This document shows, piece by piece, positions 9,040 to 18,442 of a DNA stretch of 64,000 nucleotides. The notes under the pieces are model-generated. The model worked only from the letters and a program-made list of their open reading frames with translations. It was not told where the DNA came from and ran no database searches. Every line of letters begins with the position of its first letter. Position 1 is the stretch's first letter. The stretch comes from Clostridia bacterium (GTDB taxonomy: Bacteria; Bacillota; Clostridia; Oscillospirales; CAG-272), in NCBI GenBank assembly GCA_017517035.1, contig JAFXAN010000112.1:3648-67647 (forward strand), given 5' to 3'. The position numbers and the translations under genes were made by a program.

Positions 9040-9897
9040 ATGGTGAATGATACAATCATTCTAAAGCAAGGGGAGTGGCAGGCAAATATTTGTCCTCGCC
9101 TTGGAGGTAATATAGTAGGCTTGACTTTTCGTGGTGAAAATGTTTTGAATCCTCTTGAAAATGAAGAATTATTGAAGTCAGATCCTTGTCTTTTTGGGGC
9201 GCCTGTTCTCATGCCCTCAAACAGAACATATGAGGGGCGATTTACCTTTGAGGGACGGGAATATACTCTGCCCCTTAATGAAAAACAGAACAACTGTCAT
9301 ATTCACGGACTTGTTATGTTTAATCGGTTTGAAACGATAAGCTGTGATGAAAATTCTGCGGTTTTGCGCTTTAGCGACAGAGAAAACATCAGCTATCCTT
9401 TCCCGTTTGAGTTGAAAGTCAAATATTCCCTTACAGATGACGGACTTTATTCTGCTTACGAGCTTAAAAATATTGGGCAGGGAAATATGCCGTTTACATT
9501 CGGTCTTCATACAACTTTTTCAGAGCCGGATTCCTTTTCTTGCCCCATCTCTTTGTGCCAGGAAAAGGATGCCCACCATATTCCTACGGGTAGATATATT
9601 CCTTTGAATGAGCAAGAACAAAGATATGCTCTTGCATCTCCTTCGCGAGGTGTGGTTATTTCAGGTTATTATCTTGCAGACGGAAATATTGCCCATATAG
9701 GCGAATATGAGTACAGAGTTTCGGACAATTTCGACCACTGGATACTGTTTAACCGTCGCGGCGAATGCGGATTTTTGTGCGTTGAGCCTCAGTCGGGCGG
9801 AGTTAACGGTCTTAATATTCCCGACGGGCATAAGGTTCTTGCACCAAATGAAACGATATGCTTTGAAACCTTTATTTGCAGAGCATGTGATGCTTGA
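9040..9897 (+). CDS. aldose 1-epimerase (galactose mutarotase-like) family protein
   Basis: Size and beta-sandwich-type sequence with HIHG and HTTF-type motifs typical of the aldose epimerase family. Confidence 0.7.
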   Translation: MVNDTIILKQGEWQANICPRLGGNIVGLTFRGENVLNPLENEELLKSDPCLFGAPVLMPSNRTYEGRFTFEGREYTLPLNEKQNNCHIHGLVMFNRFETISCDENSAVLRFSDRENISYPFPFELKVKYSLTDDGLYSAYELKNIGQGNMPFTFGLHTTFSEPDSFSCPISLCQEKDAHHIPTGRYIPLNEQEQRYALASPSRGVVISGYYLADGNIAHIGEYEYRVSDNFDHWILFNRRGECGFLCVEPQSGGVNGLNIPDGHKVLAPNETICFETFICRACDA

Positions 9898-9929
9898 GAG
9901 AGAATTAAAACTTTTTGGAGGATAGTTTT

Positions 9930-11792
9930 ATGGAATACATGATTGGCTGTAATTTTTGGGATTCAAAATCCGGCACCGATATGTGGAAATATTGGGATGA
10001 GGATTCGGTGAGAGCTGATATTGAGGCAATTTCCGCCTGCGGTGTCAGATATCTTCGTGTTTTTCCGAACTGGCGCGATTTTCAGCCGCTGACATTTCTT
10101 GAGGGATGGAGAGGAAAGCTGACAGAGGTCAGAATGACAGACGACAGACCCTTTGAAAATGAATTTGGAATTGATCCTGTGATGATCGAGCGTTTTGAAA
10201 AATTCTGCGATATTGCTGCGGAAAATAATATCAAGCTTATTGTTGCGGTCATAACAGGCTGGATGAGCGGAAGACTCTTTTTGCCTCCCGCACTTCAGGG
10301 AAGAAATCCCATTACCGATCCTATGGTTCTCAAATGGGAGATCCTTTTTGCAAGGGGATTTGTCAGATTTCTTCGCCATAGAAAAGAGATCGTCTATTGG
10401 GATCTTGGCAACGAATGTAACTGCCTTGGAGCAACTCCCGACAGTACCTCCGCTTGGCTTTGGACATCTACCATAAGAAATGCCATTCTTTCCGAGGATA
10501 ATACGAGAAAGATTATGTCGGGTATGCACGGTCTTTCCGTCGATCCCGATGTCTATCCCTTTACAATTCAGGATCAGGGAAGCCTTACAGATGTGCTTAC
10601 CCCTCATCCATATCCGTCACCGACTGTTGGCGGCGATGTTGATAAAGCTAACAATCTGAGGACTACCCTTATACCCACTGCACAGGTTGTGTATTATGAG
10701 GGAGTTGGCGGCAAGCCTGCAATGATACAGGAGAGCGGTACCTTTAACGATATGGTATGCTCAAAGGATATTTCCGCACAATTTATGAGAGTTAATCTTC
10801 TTTCCGGATGGGCGCATGGTTCTATCGGATATCTCTGGTGGTGCGCAATGGAGCATCTTCATCTGAAAAATCCCCCCTATTCCTGGAGCATGATCGAACG
10901 AGAGCTTGGAATACTTAATCTTGACCGTTCTCCAAAGCCTGTTGCGCTTGAAATGAAGAGAATGACAGAGCTTTTCGACAGACTTGATCTTTATGAGCTT
11001 CCGAGAAGAGATACAAATGCAGTTTGCGTTACCACAAAGGGTCAGTCGAACTATTGGCATATAGCAGCAACCTCGTATGTTCTTTCAAAGCAGGCGGGAC
11101 TTGACATGGAATTCCGTCATTATACCCAAAAATTGCCCGATGCAAAAATATATATCGTTCCTTCTATTACTTCGTGGGCTCCTCTCGGCAAGGATATGCT
11201 TGATCAGCTTATTGAGAGGGCAGAGCAGGGGGCAAGCGTTCTCTTTACAACCGATACGGGAATGATAACCACCTTTGAAAGTCTTACGGGACTTCGTTCT
11301 TTCGGAATGGAAAAGGAGAATCAGCAGCACATAATGAAGCTTGACGGTGTCGAACTTCCTTTCTCATATGAGCAGAAATATCTTTTGACCTCCATTGGTG
11401 CAGAGGTGCTTTCAAAGGACGATGACGGAACTGTTATTTTTTCAAGAAACAAGGTTGGCAAGGGATATATCTATATGCTGAATTTCCCGCTTGAGAAGAT
11501 AATCTGGGGCAAGGCTCGTGTCTTTTCGGATAAAACAAAGCCTTATTATAAGATTTATGAGAAGCTTACCGAAAAAGTGGAGCTTGATAGAATTTGTGTA
11601 AGCGCAAACCCCGATATCGGTGTTACTCAGCACCGCCATGAGGACGGAAGCTATACTGTTGTTGCAATAAACTATACAGATAAGGCTCTTGACGGTGAGC
11701 TTGATTTCTTCGGTAGAAAATACTCTGTAATTTATGGCGACGAACACAATATAGGCGCTTGTGATGCGGCTATATTCAAGATTGAGGCGTGA
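9930..11792 (+). CDS. TIM-barrel glycoside hydrolase (clan GH-A-like) with a C-terminal accessory domain
   Basis: WDLGNECN (acid/base NE motif) and IQESGT (candidate nucleophile Glu). ATG at 9930 follows GGAGGA. Confidence 0.65.
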   Translation: MEYMIGCNFWDSKSGTDMWKYWDEDSVRADIEAISACGVRYLRVFPNWRDFQPLTFLEGWRGKLTEVRMTDDRPFENEFGIDPVMIERFEKFCDIAAENNIKLIVAVITGWMSGRLFLPPALQGRNPITDPMVLKWEILFARGFVRFLRHRKEIVYWDLGNECNCLGATPDSTSAWLWTSTIRNAILSEDNTRKIMSGMHGLSVDPDVYPFTIQDQGSLTDVLTPHPYPSPTVGGDVDKANNLRTTLIPTAQVVYYEGVGGKPAMIQESGTFNDMVCSKDISAQFMRVNLLSGWAHGSIGYLWWCAMEHLHLKNPPYSWSMIERELGILNLDRSPKPVALEMKRMTELFDRLDLYELPRRDTNAVCVTTKGQSNYWHIAATSYVLSKQAGLDMEFRHYTQKLPDAKIYIVPSITSWAPLGKDMLDQLIERAEQGASVLFTTDTGMITTFESLTGLRSFGMEKENQQHIMKLDGVELPFSYEQKYLLTSIGAEVLSKDDDGTVIFSRNKVGKGYIYMLNFPLEKIIWGKARVFSDKTKPYYKIYEKLTEKVELDRICVSANPDIGVTQHRHEDGSYTVVAINYTDKALDGELDFFGRKYSVIYGDEHNIGACDAAIFKIEA

Positions 11793-11800
11793 ATTATAAG

Positions 11801-12466
11801 ATGAAATTATTTTTTGAAGCTATTGCAAAATTCCTTTTGGGTTTCATGATCGTTGCGGCTATACTGTTTTTGAGCGCCGGAAGTCTTCTGTATATTAATG
11901 GATGGATTTTCATTGCACTGCTCTTTGTGCCGATGCTTATACTTGGTGCGATTTTGTTTATAAAATCACCGTTGCTCCTGAAAAAACGACTTGATTCAAG
12001 AGAAAAGGAAAAAACGCAGAAGGGCGTTGTTGCTTTTTCGGGATTGTTATTTGTTATCGGGTTCATTGTTGCGGGACTTGATTTCAGATTCGGATTGTCG
12101 GTTGTTCCTACATGGGCGGTTGTGACAGCTTCGGTAATATTTCTGATCTCATATGCTCTTTATGCAGAGGTTATGAGAGAAAACGCATATCTTTCAAGAA
12201 AAATTGAGGTGCAGGAGGGGCAGAGTGTGGTGAGCACGGGGCTTTACGGAATAGTCCGTCATCCCATGTATGCCGCAACTGTATGGCTTTTCCTCTCGAT
12301 CCCGATAGTTTTAGGCTCATTCTGGGCGCTGATTTGCTTTTTACCTTATGTTTTCATTATAGCGGTCAGAATAATTGACGAGGAAAAGCTCCTCTCAAAA
12401 GAGCTTTGCGGCTATGAGGAGTATAAAAAGAAGGTAAGGTACAGACTCATTCCCTTTGTTTGGTAG
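11801..12466 (+). CDS. isoprenylcysteine carboxyl / phospholipid methyltransferase family membrane protein
   Basis: Multiple TM helices and the GLYGIVRHPMY motif. Confidence 0.75.
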   Translation: MKLFFEAIAKFLLGFMIVAAILFLSAGSLLYINGWIFIALLFVPMLILGAILFIKSPLLLKKRLDSREKEKTQKGVVAFSGLLFVIGFIVAGLDFRFGLSVVPTWAVVTASVIFLISYALYAEVMRENAYLSRKIEVQEGQSVVSTGLYGIVRHPMYAATVWLFLSIPIVLGSFWALICFLPYVFIIAVRIIDEEKLLSKELCGYEEYKKKVRYRLIPFVW

Positions 12467-12472
12467 GCTTAT

Positions 12473-12640
12473 AAACAGTAATTTAGCGAACAGTCGAAGA
12501 CGTGTTTTTGTAGGGGACGGCGACCACGACGTCCCTCAAAAGACATGAAATAACCGTGAATTTTAAATGAAAAATGGGACGTCGAGGTCGCCGTCCCCTA
12601 CAGATCTGCGTTTTTTCATCGCACCGACAAATTACTGTTT
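12473..12640. mobile_element. MITE-like element with a REPIN-like doublet (core GGGGACGGCGACCNCGACGTCCC)
   Basis: Family TIRs at both ends, with inverted GTAG-headed GC-rich repeats. A sister copy lies at 43470-43637. Confidence 0.8.
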
Positions 12641-12711
12641 GATAAAATCTATAAAAATAAAGACCGGATCAGATGCTTTTTGCAAATGATCAGGTCTTTT
12701 AATTTTAAGAT

Positions 12712-13509
12712 TTACGCTTGTTTTTCTTTAAATACTCCCGGTGCGAAGCCATAGTGCTTTTTGAACTCACGGCTGAAATAACATTCATCTGAAAAACCAC
12801 ATTCCTTTGATGCCGCAGAAACGGTATATTCACCGCTCTTCAGCAGCTCAAGCCCTCGTTCGAGACGCATATGGTTGATATATGCAACGGGTGATTTTCC
12901 GACAGCAGAAACAAAAAGCTTACGAAGATAAACCTCGCTTATCGAGCACATTTCGGCAAGTTCACCTACGCTTATCTTTTTTGTTGTATAGTTTTCTGCA
13001 ATAAAATCAAGCGCCGGTGCGATTATGCTTCTTTGTTCCGAGGACATATAACTCACTGTCAGATCGTTCTTTAACGCTGATATTATTTCTGAAAGACAGG
13101 ATAAGCATTTTTCCATATATCCCGGAGTTTTTGTTCTCCATGCTTTTTCTGCCTCCTTGAACAGCTCAAGTAATTTTGCAGGTTCCCTTGGACGGTAAAG
13201 AAACGGTTCGCAGGGAAAATCATAAGGCAGATCAAAATTTATGGCATAGCAGGACTTTTGAGGTTTGATCTCTCCCGAAACATTATAGCTTGAGCCTTTA
13301 GGCATAAAAATCACAGTATTGGCATCGACTTCAATGTCTTTTTTATCCCAAAAATGGTATGTTTTCGGTCCTTCTCTGTGAAAAGCAAAGCCATGGGAAG
13401 GACGGTTTATATGAGTATGTGCATTTTTAGGCAGATCTGTCGGAACTTTTGTTGCAAGCACTATTTTGCTTGGGAAAATGTCTTTTAAAAGAAATTCTTT
13501 TCCGTTCAT
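12712..13509 (-). CDS. AraC family transcriptional regulator (cupin sensor plus HTH)
   Basis: C-terminal AraC HTH signature (ISEVYLRKLF...GFSDECYFSREFKKHYG). ATGA overlap with the upstream HAD gene. Confidence 0.9.
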   Translation of the reverse strand: MNGKEFLLKDIFPSKIVLATKVPTDLPKNAHTHINRPSHGFAFHREGPKTYHFWDKKDIEVDANTVIFMPKGSSYNVSGEIKPQKSCYAINFDLPYDFPCEPFLYRPREPAKLLELFKEAEKAWRTKTPGYMEKCLSCLSEIISALKNDLTVSYMSSEQRSIIAPALDFIAENYTTKKISVGELAEMCSISEVYLRKLFVSAVGKSPVAYINHMRLERGLELLKSGEYTVSAASKECGFSDECYFSREFKKHYGFAPGVFKEKQA

Positions 13510-14327
13510 AGCTTTATAAATCCGTTATCAATATCGGAAATAATCTTGGAGATGGCATCTTCATCGTTGCTTACGGTCACCATGTCTGCCGCTTTCTTTA
13601 CTTCAGGTTGTGCATTTGAAACCGCAATTCCAAGCCCCGCCGCCTTTAGCATTGAGATATCGTTATGGTAATCACCAACAGCAATAGTTTTTTTCATATC
13701 AATTCCAAGCTGCTCGGAGAGCTTTGGCAAAACATTGCCCTTTCCGCTTCCCTTGGGGAGAATTTCAAAAAGTGTTTTTTCAGAGCGGATAAAATCAAAT
13801 TCGTTTGCTCTCGGATGATTTTTCAGAAGCTCTTCGACCTTTTCAAGAACTCCGTCTCTGTGGTCAACGAATATTATCTTTGCCATCGGTTCATCAACAT
13901 CGTAATAATTCTTCGGAAGATAAGGCATTCCGGTTATCATTCTGAAATGCTCATTTGCAATATTGTCACGGCAGAAATATACCTTATCAAATGTGTTGAC
14001 CTGTATTCCGATTTCGGGGATATTAGTATCAATATATTCAACAAGCTCAAAAACCGAACGGGAGATTTCGAGAGTATATGTATATTCCATTTTGACATGG
14101 TCATATATTCCTCCGCCGTTTATGCACCCGAAGGGACAATTTGGCCTTACGGTTTCATACATCTGCTTTGCAAAGAAGGGCATTCTTCCCGTTATAAAGG
14201 TGAAATAGCCGCCTTCACTCTTAAAATATTTAATGGCTTCAAGATTCTTTTCGGAAATTATTCTTTGACTGTTCAGTAGCGTTCCGTCAAGATCTGTGCA
14301 TATAAGCAAGCCTTCAAATTTCTTCAT
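13506..14327 (-). CDS. Cof-type HAD-IIB sugar phosphatase
   Basis: LICTDLDGTLL motif I and GDYHNDISM motif IV. Confidence 0.85.
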   Translation of the reverse strand: MKKFEGLLICTDLDGTLLNSQRIISEKNLEAIKYFKSEGGYFTFITGRMPFFAKQMYETVRPNCPFGCINGGGIYDHVKMEYTYTLEISRSVFELVEYIDTNIPEIGIQVNTFDKVYFCRDNIANEHFRMITGMPYLPKNYYDVDEPMAKIIFVDHRDGVLEKVEELLKNHPRANEFDFIRSEKTLFEILPKGSGKGNVLPKLSEQLGIDMKKTIAVGDYHNDISMLKAAGLGIAVSNAQPEVKKAADMVTVSNDEDAISKIISDIDNGFIKL

Positions 14328-14514
14328 TCAATTCACTTCCTTTTTGCTGGAAATAATTATAAACCTTTTTTTCTGAAAAAGCAATAGTTTTTGAGAAAAT
14401 TGTTTCGTTTTGTTCAAGTGTATCGTATTATTCATTGACTTTTTTATGCGGGCAGAGTATACTGTGCTTGAATGATAAACCGTAATCTATCAAAACACAA
14501 AGGAGGCTTTTGAT

Positions 14515-16755
14515 ATGAAGTACATAACCGAAGCTGATAAAAGGCACATTGAAGGGAAATACCATCCTCTTGACGGTAGCTACGATCCATATAACCGTTT
14601 TGGATATAACGGATATGATTATGACCCCGAAAGCGGAATGGATAATGAAAAGATCAAAGAGGGACTTTATGCGCTCCTTGATGAGCTTGATGCAAAAGGT
14701 GAGCATCATCATGTGACAAAAGCAAAGGGATTTTCCTTTATTCTCGACAACACAAGAATTGATGTGAATGAGTATGATTATTTTGTTGGCTTCAACTGCT
14801 GGAACAGAATTATGTCTCCTCACAGAAAATGGCTGAAGGAAGTTGAGCAGAATGAAGAGATGAAGAGAATAAAAGCTCTCCGTGATTTGTGTTGGGATAC
14901 GGGAATTATCACAATGTGGCCCGACTTTGATCACACAACGCCTGATTGGGACGCTGTTTTTAAGCTTGGCTTTCCGGGACTTCTTGCGCGTGCGGAGTTT
15001 TATAAGGAAAAGCACAGAAGAGAGGGAACTCTTGATAGCGAAAAGGAAGCAGTTTTTGACGGTGTTATTCTTACCTATCAGTCAATTATGAGACTGATAA
15101 ACAGATTTTATGAATACTCTCTCACCCATGGCGGTGAAAAGAGCGCAGAAATTTCCGCTTGTCTTAAGAGACTTTCCGAAGGCGCACCGCAGAACACATA
15201 TGATGTACTTCAGATAATATATCTATATTTTATGTTCAGTGAATCTGTTGACTATTATCAGGTGCGTACCCTTGGTTACGGTCTTGATGCTGCGATCTAT
15301 CCCTATATGGTAAAGGATATAGAGGAGGGGCGATACACAAGAGATCAGATCGGAACATTTATTGCCCATTTCCTTATGCAGTTCTCCGCCATCGGCAACT
15401 ATTGGGGGCAGCCCTTCTATCTTGGCGGAAAACATCCGGACGGAAGAACAAAGATAAATGAAGCTTCGCATCTTATAGTTGAAGTTTATGACGAGCTGGA
15501 TATATATAACCCCAAAATGCAGCTTAAGCTTGATAGAAGCACTCCCATGGACTTCAGAAACAAGGTTCTCGACATGGTGAGGCGCAGAAACGGTATTTTT
15601 GTCTTTATCTGTGAGGACGGCATGGTCAATGCTTTGATGAAGTCGGGTCACTCCTATGAGGAAGCACTTGATGCTGTTATCACAGGCTGCTATGAAGTTA
15701 AGCCAAAGGGGGCAAACGGTTCAGGATGCACCCATCTCAATATGGTAAAGCCCCTTCTTCTCATTCTTAACGGCGGAAAGGATGAAATGACGGGTAAAAC
15801 TCTCATAGATGATGTTAAACCACTTGCAGAGCTTAAAACATACGATGAATTTTATCGAGAATATATCAGACTTGTTTCGCATTTTGCAGAGATAGCAATG
15901 GAGCTTGAGGATGCATATGATCCTTATCTCACATATTGCAATCCCGCAAACATGATGACGGGTGCATATGAGGAAGCGCTTATAAAGGGTGAGGATGCTT
16001 ATTTTAAGGGCATTAAGAACGGAAGCGGATTCCTTGTTTGCAGCTTTGCGAGCGCTGTGGATTCGCTTATGGCTGTTAAAAAGCTTGTTTATGAAGGCAA
16101 TAAAATAACTCTTGATGAGCTTCGTGATATTCTTAATGCAAATTGGGAAGGAAATGAAAAGCTGATGATGCTTGCCCGTTCACTCCCCAATAAATACGGT
16201 AATGCAGATCCCGAAACCGATATGACAGCGAAGGGGCTTGCCGCTTATATATGCAATATAGTAAATGGCAGACCGAATAAGAAGAACGGAAGATACGGAA
16301 CCCTCGCGCACTCTGCAAGACAGTTCATTGTTCACGGTGAAAAAACGGGCGCAACTCCCGACGGAAGAATGGCGGGATATGAGCTTTCAAAGAATGCTTC
16401 TCCCGTGCCCGGAATGGATAAAAACGGCGTTACTGCACTTATCAGAAGCGCACTAAGTATGGATCCATCAAACTTCACAAGCGATTTCTGCGTTGATGTT
16501 ATGCTTCATCCGTCTGCCGTTGAAGGGGACGAGGGACTTGCGGTTCTGAACGGTATTCTCGATACCTATATGAACGGCGGCGGTTTTGCCATTCATTTCA
16601 ACATCATGAATGCGGATGTGCTTCGTGATGCACAGAAGAACCCCGAAAAATATAAGAATTTGCAGGTTCGTGTTTGCGGATGGAATACTCTCTGGAATAA
16701 TATGGCAAGGAGTGAGCAAGAGGCTTATATCCTCCGTGCGGAGAATATTATATGA
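14515..16755 (+). CDS. glycyl-radical enzyme (PFL/glycerol-dehydratase superfamily), short form of 746 aa
   Basis: C-terminal glycyl-radical fingerprint LQVRVCGWN (Gly722, nt 16678-16680). TPDGR motif is present. Candidate thiyl loop is TGCYE (Cys392, nt 15688-15690). Confidence 0.85.
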   Translation: MKYITEADKRHIEGKYHPLDGSYDPYNRFGYNGYDYDPESGMDNEKIKEGLYALLDELDAKGEHHHVTKAKGFSFILDNTRIDVNEYDYFVGFNCWNRIMSPHRKWLKEVEQNEEMKRIKALRDLCWDTGIITMWPDFDHTTPDWDAVFKLGFPGLLARAEFYKEKHRREGTLDSEKEAVFDGVILTYQSIMRLINRFYEYSLTHGGEKSAEISACLKRLSEGAPQNTYDVLQIIYLYFMFSESVDYYQVRTLGYGLDAAIYPYMVKDIEEGRYTRDQIGTFIAHFLMQFSAIGNYWGQPFYLGGKHPDGRTKINEASHLIVEVYDELDIYNPKMQLKLDRSTPMDFRNKVLDMVRRRNGIFVFICEDGMVNALMKSGHSYEEALDAVITGCYEVKPKGANGSGCTHLNMVKPLLLILNGGKDEMTGKTLIDDVKPLAELKTYDEFYREYIRLVSHFAEIAMELEDAYDPYLTYCNPANMMTGAYEEALIKGEDAYFKGIKNGSGFLVCSFASAVDSLMAVKKLVYEGNKITLDELRDILNANWEGNEKLMMLARSLPNKYGNADPETDMTAKGLAAYICNIVNGRPNKKNGRYGTLAHSARQFIVHGEKTGATPDGRMAGYELSKNASPVPGMDKNGVTALIRSALSMDPSNFTSDFCVDVMLHPSAVEGDEGLAVLNGILDTYMNGGGFAIHFNIMNADVLRDAQKNPEKYKNLQVRVCGWNTLWNNMARSEQEAYILRAENII

Positions 16756-17609
16756 AAATTTTATCCGAAAAAAGATGTATAATCGGTGAAGGTCCAATAT
16801 ATAACGAGAAAAACGGACTTCTCTATTTTACAAACGGTTTTGGTGATGAGCTTTGCACTTATGACATAAAGACAGATAAAATAAGTGTCAGACCGCTAAA
16901 GGTTGGTTGCGCCGCATATGCTTTTGATGTAAGTGGCAGACTTATCGTTTCAAGGCAGGACGGTGTTTTCTATTTGAATGATGATGACAGCGTTGAGCCG
17001 CTTTACGATAGAAAAAAATACGATATCAGATATGCAAACGACATGAAGGTGGGGCCTGACGGAAGGCTTTATGTGGGAACACAGAGCGGAAAACGAAAGG
17101 GTGTTTCTGACAAGATCGATGGCAAGCTTTACAGCATCGATAAGGACGGAAATGTTAAAATACTCCTTGATGGTCTTATTCTCTCAAACGGTCTTGAATG
17201 GTCGATTGATGAAAAGAGATTTTACCATACCGACAGCGATACCAATATTATAAAAGAATATGATTTTGATGCAAAATCAGGTGAACTGTCTTTTACCGGA
17301 AGAGAAATCTATATTCATGGAGTTGATGGATTTACTATCGACAGAAGCGGAAGGCTTATAGTTGCTTCAATGGGAGATGGATGTATTTATGAGGTAGATA
17401 CCGAGAATATGAAGATCGTTTGTAAAACGGATTTTCCCATGGGAGCCCTTGCAAGCTGTGGGTTTTTCGGTGAAAATATGGATATGCTGGCGGTAACGAC
17501 TTCCAGCTACACTGTGGATATAGAAAAGGATAAAAACGCAGGCTTTACTGTGATAATGAAGCGCAGTACAGGCGGAAGAAAACCTTATTTGTTTAGGAGA
17601 AAGATATGA
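16752..17609 (+). CDS. SMP-30/gluconolactonase/LRE-like six-bladed beta-propeller protein
   Basis: GEGPIYNEKNGLLYFT, NDMKVGPDGRLYVG, SNGLEWS and DGFTIDRSGRLIVA repeats. ATGA overlap with the GRE stop codon. Confidence 0.8.
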   Translation: MKILSEKRCIIGEGPIYNEKNGLLYFTNGFGDELCTYDIKTDKISVRPLKVGCAAYAFDVSGRLIVSRQDGVFYLNDDDSVEPLYDRKKYDIRYANDMKVGPDGRLYVGTQSGKRKGVSDKIDGKLYSIDKDGNVKILLDGLILSNGLEWSIDEKRFYHTDSDTNIIKEYDFDAKSGELSFTGREIYIHGVDGFTIDRSGRLIVASMGDGCIYEVDTENMKIVCKTDFPMGALASCGFFGENMDMLAVTTSSYTVDIEKDKNAGFTVIMKRSTGGRKPYLFRRKI

Positions 17610-18241
17610 AAAAAATACTTTTAATCGGTGATTCGATAAGAGAGGGTTATGACAAATATGTAAAAATGGCTTTTGAGGGCGTTGCAGACGTGATTTATCC
17701 CAATGAAAATTGCCGTGATTCGGGGTATATTATAAGGCAAATCGTTTTTTGGAGACAGCGGATGCCCCTTGGGGAGGATATTGACCTTGTACATTTCAAT
17801 GCGGGACTTTGGGACGATCTTCATATGTATGACGGAAAAAAGCTCAATTCGATTGATCAATACGAGGAAAATATAGATAGAATATGCACTATATTTAAAA
17901 AGCTATTTCCAAAGTCGAAGCTTATTTTCGCGACCTCGACTCCTGTTCAGGAGGAGCTTTTCGGTGAGCTTAAGCGTTATAATAAGGATACAGAGGAGTA
18001 TAATGCGGTGGCAACGGCGGTTGTGAAAAAGCATGGTGGCACGATAAATGATCTTTATGCAATAACCAAGGATATTCCGAAAAGCTACTATAGCGATCTT
18101 ACTCATCTTTATACAAAGGATGGAACAAAGCTCTTGACGGAGCAGGTTGTTAAAACCATCGAAGAAGCACTTGGCATAAGGGGAAAGGCACTTGATTACG
18201 AAGCTCTTTTCTCGGATGCAAAGGATGTAATCGGGATTTGA
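17606..18241 (+). CDS. SGNH/GDSL-family hydrolase
   Basis: LLIGDSIREGY block I (GDS). ATGA overlap with the preceding gene. Confidence 0.8.
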   Translation: MKKILLIGDSIREGYDKYVKMAFEGVADVIYPNENCRDSGYIIRQIVFWRQRMPLGEDIDLVHFNAGLWDDLHMYDGKKLNSIDQYEENIDRICTIFKKLFPKSKLIFATSTPVQEELFGELKRYNKDTEEYNAVATAVVKKHGGTINDLYAITKDIPKSYYSDLTHLYTKDGTKLLTEQVVKTIEEALGIRGKALDYEALFSDAKDVIGI

Positions 18242-18259
18242 TTTGAATTTTTTAATTTC

Positions 18260-18428
18260 AAACAGTAATTTATCGGTGCGAAGAAAAACGCAGATCTGTA
18301 GGGGCGATCATTGATCGCCCGAAAAAACAAACGGCGTAAAATAACGATATTTTGAGCTGTTTATGAGACGGGCGATCAATGATCGCCCCTACGGATTACG
18401 GCTTCGACTGTTCGCTAAATTACTGTTT
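18260..18428. mobile_element. MITE-like element with a REPIN-like doublet (arms b and c), inside the GRE cluster
   Basis: Core and spacer are the same as in 5324-5489. TIRs AAACAGTAATTTATCG / CGCTAAATTACTGTTT. It ends 14 nt before the activase start codon. Confidence 0.85.
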
Positions 18429-18442
18429 ACATAAGGAGAATT

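Noticed and set aside
9963-10607. 214-aa ORF antisense to the glycoside hydrolase, with similar ones at 13665-14279, 20125-20688, 7472-7957, 24999-25475 and 4338-4790
   Set aside because: All are embedded opposite genes with recognisable family motifs, so they are shadow ORFs.
14428-15015. 195-aa ORF antisense to the 5' part of GRE-1
   Set aside because: It overlaps the GRE coding region and its upstream region, is low-complexity and hydrophobic by chance, and has no RBS.
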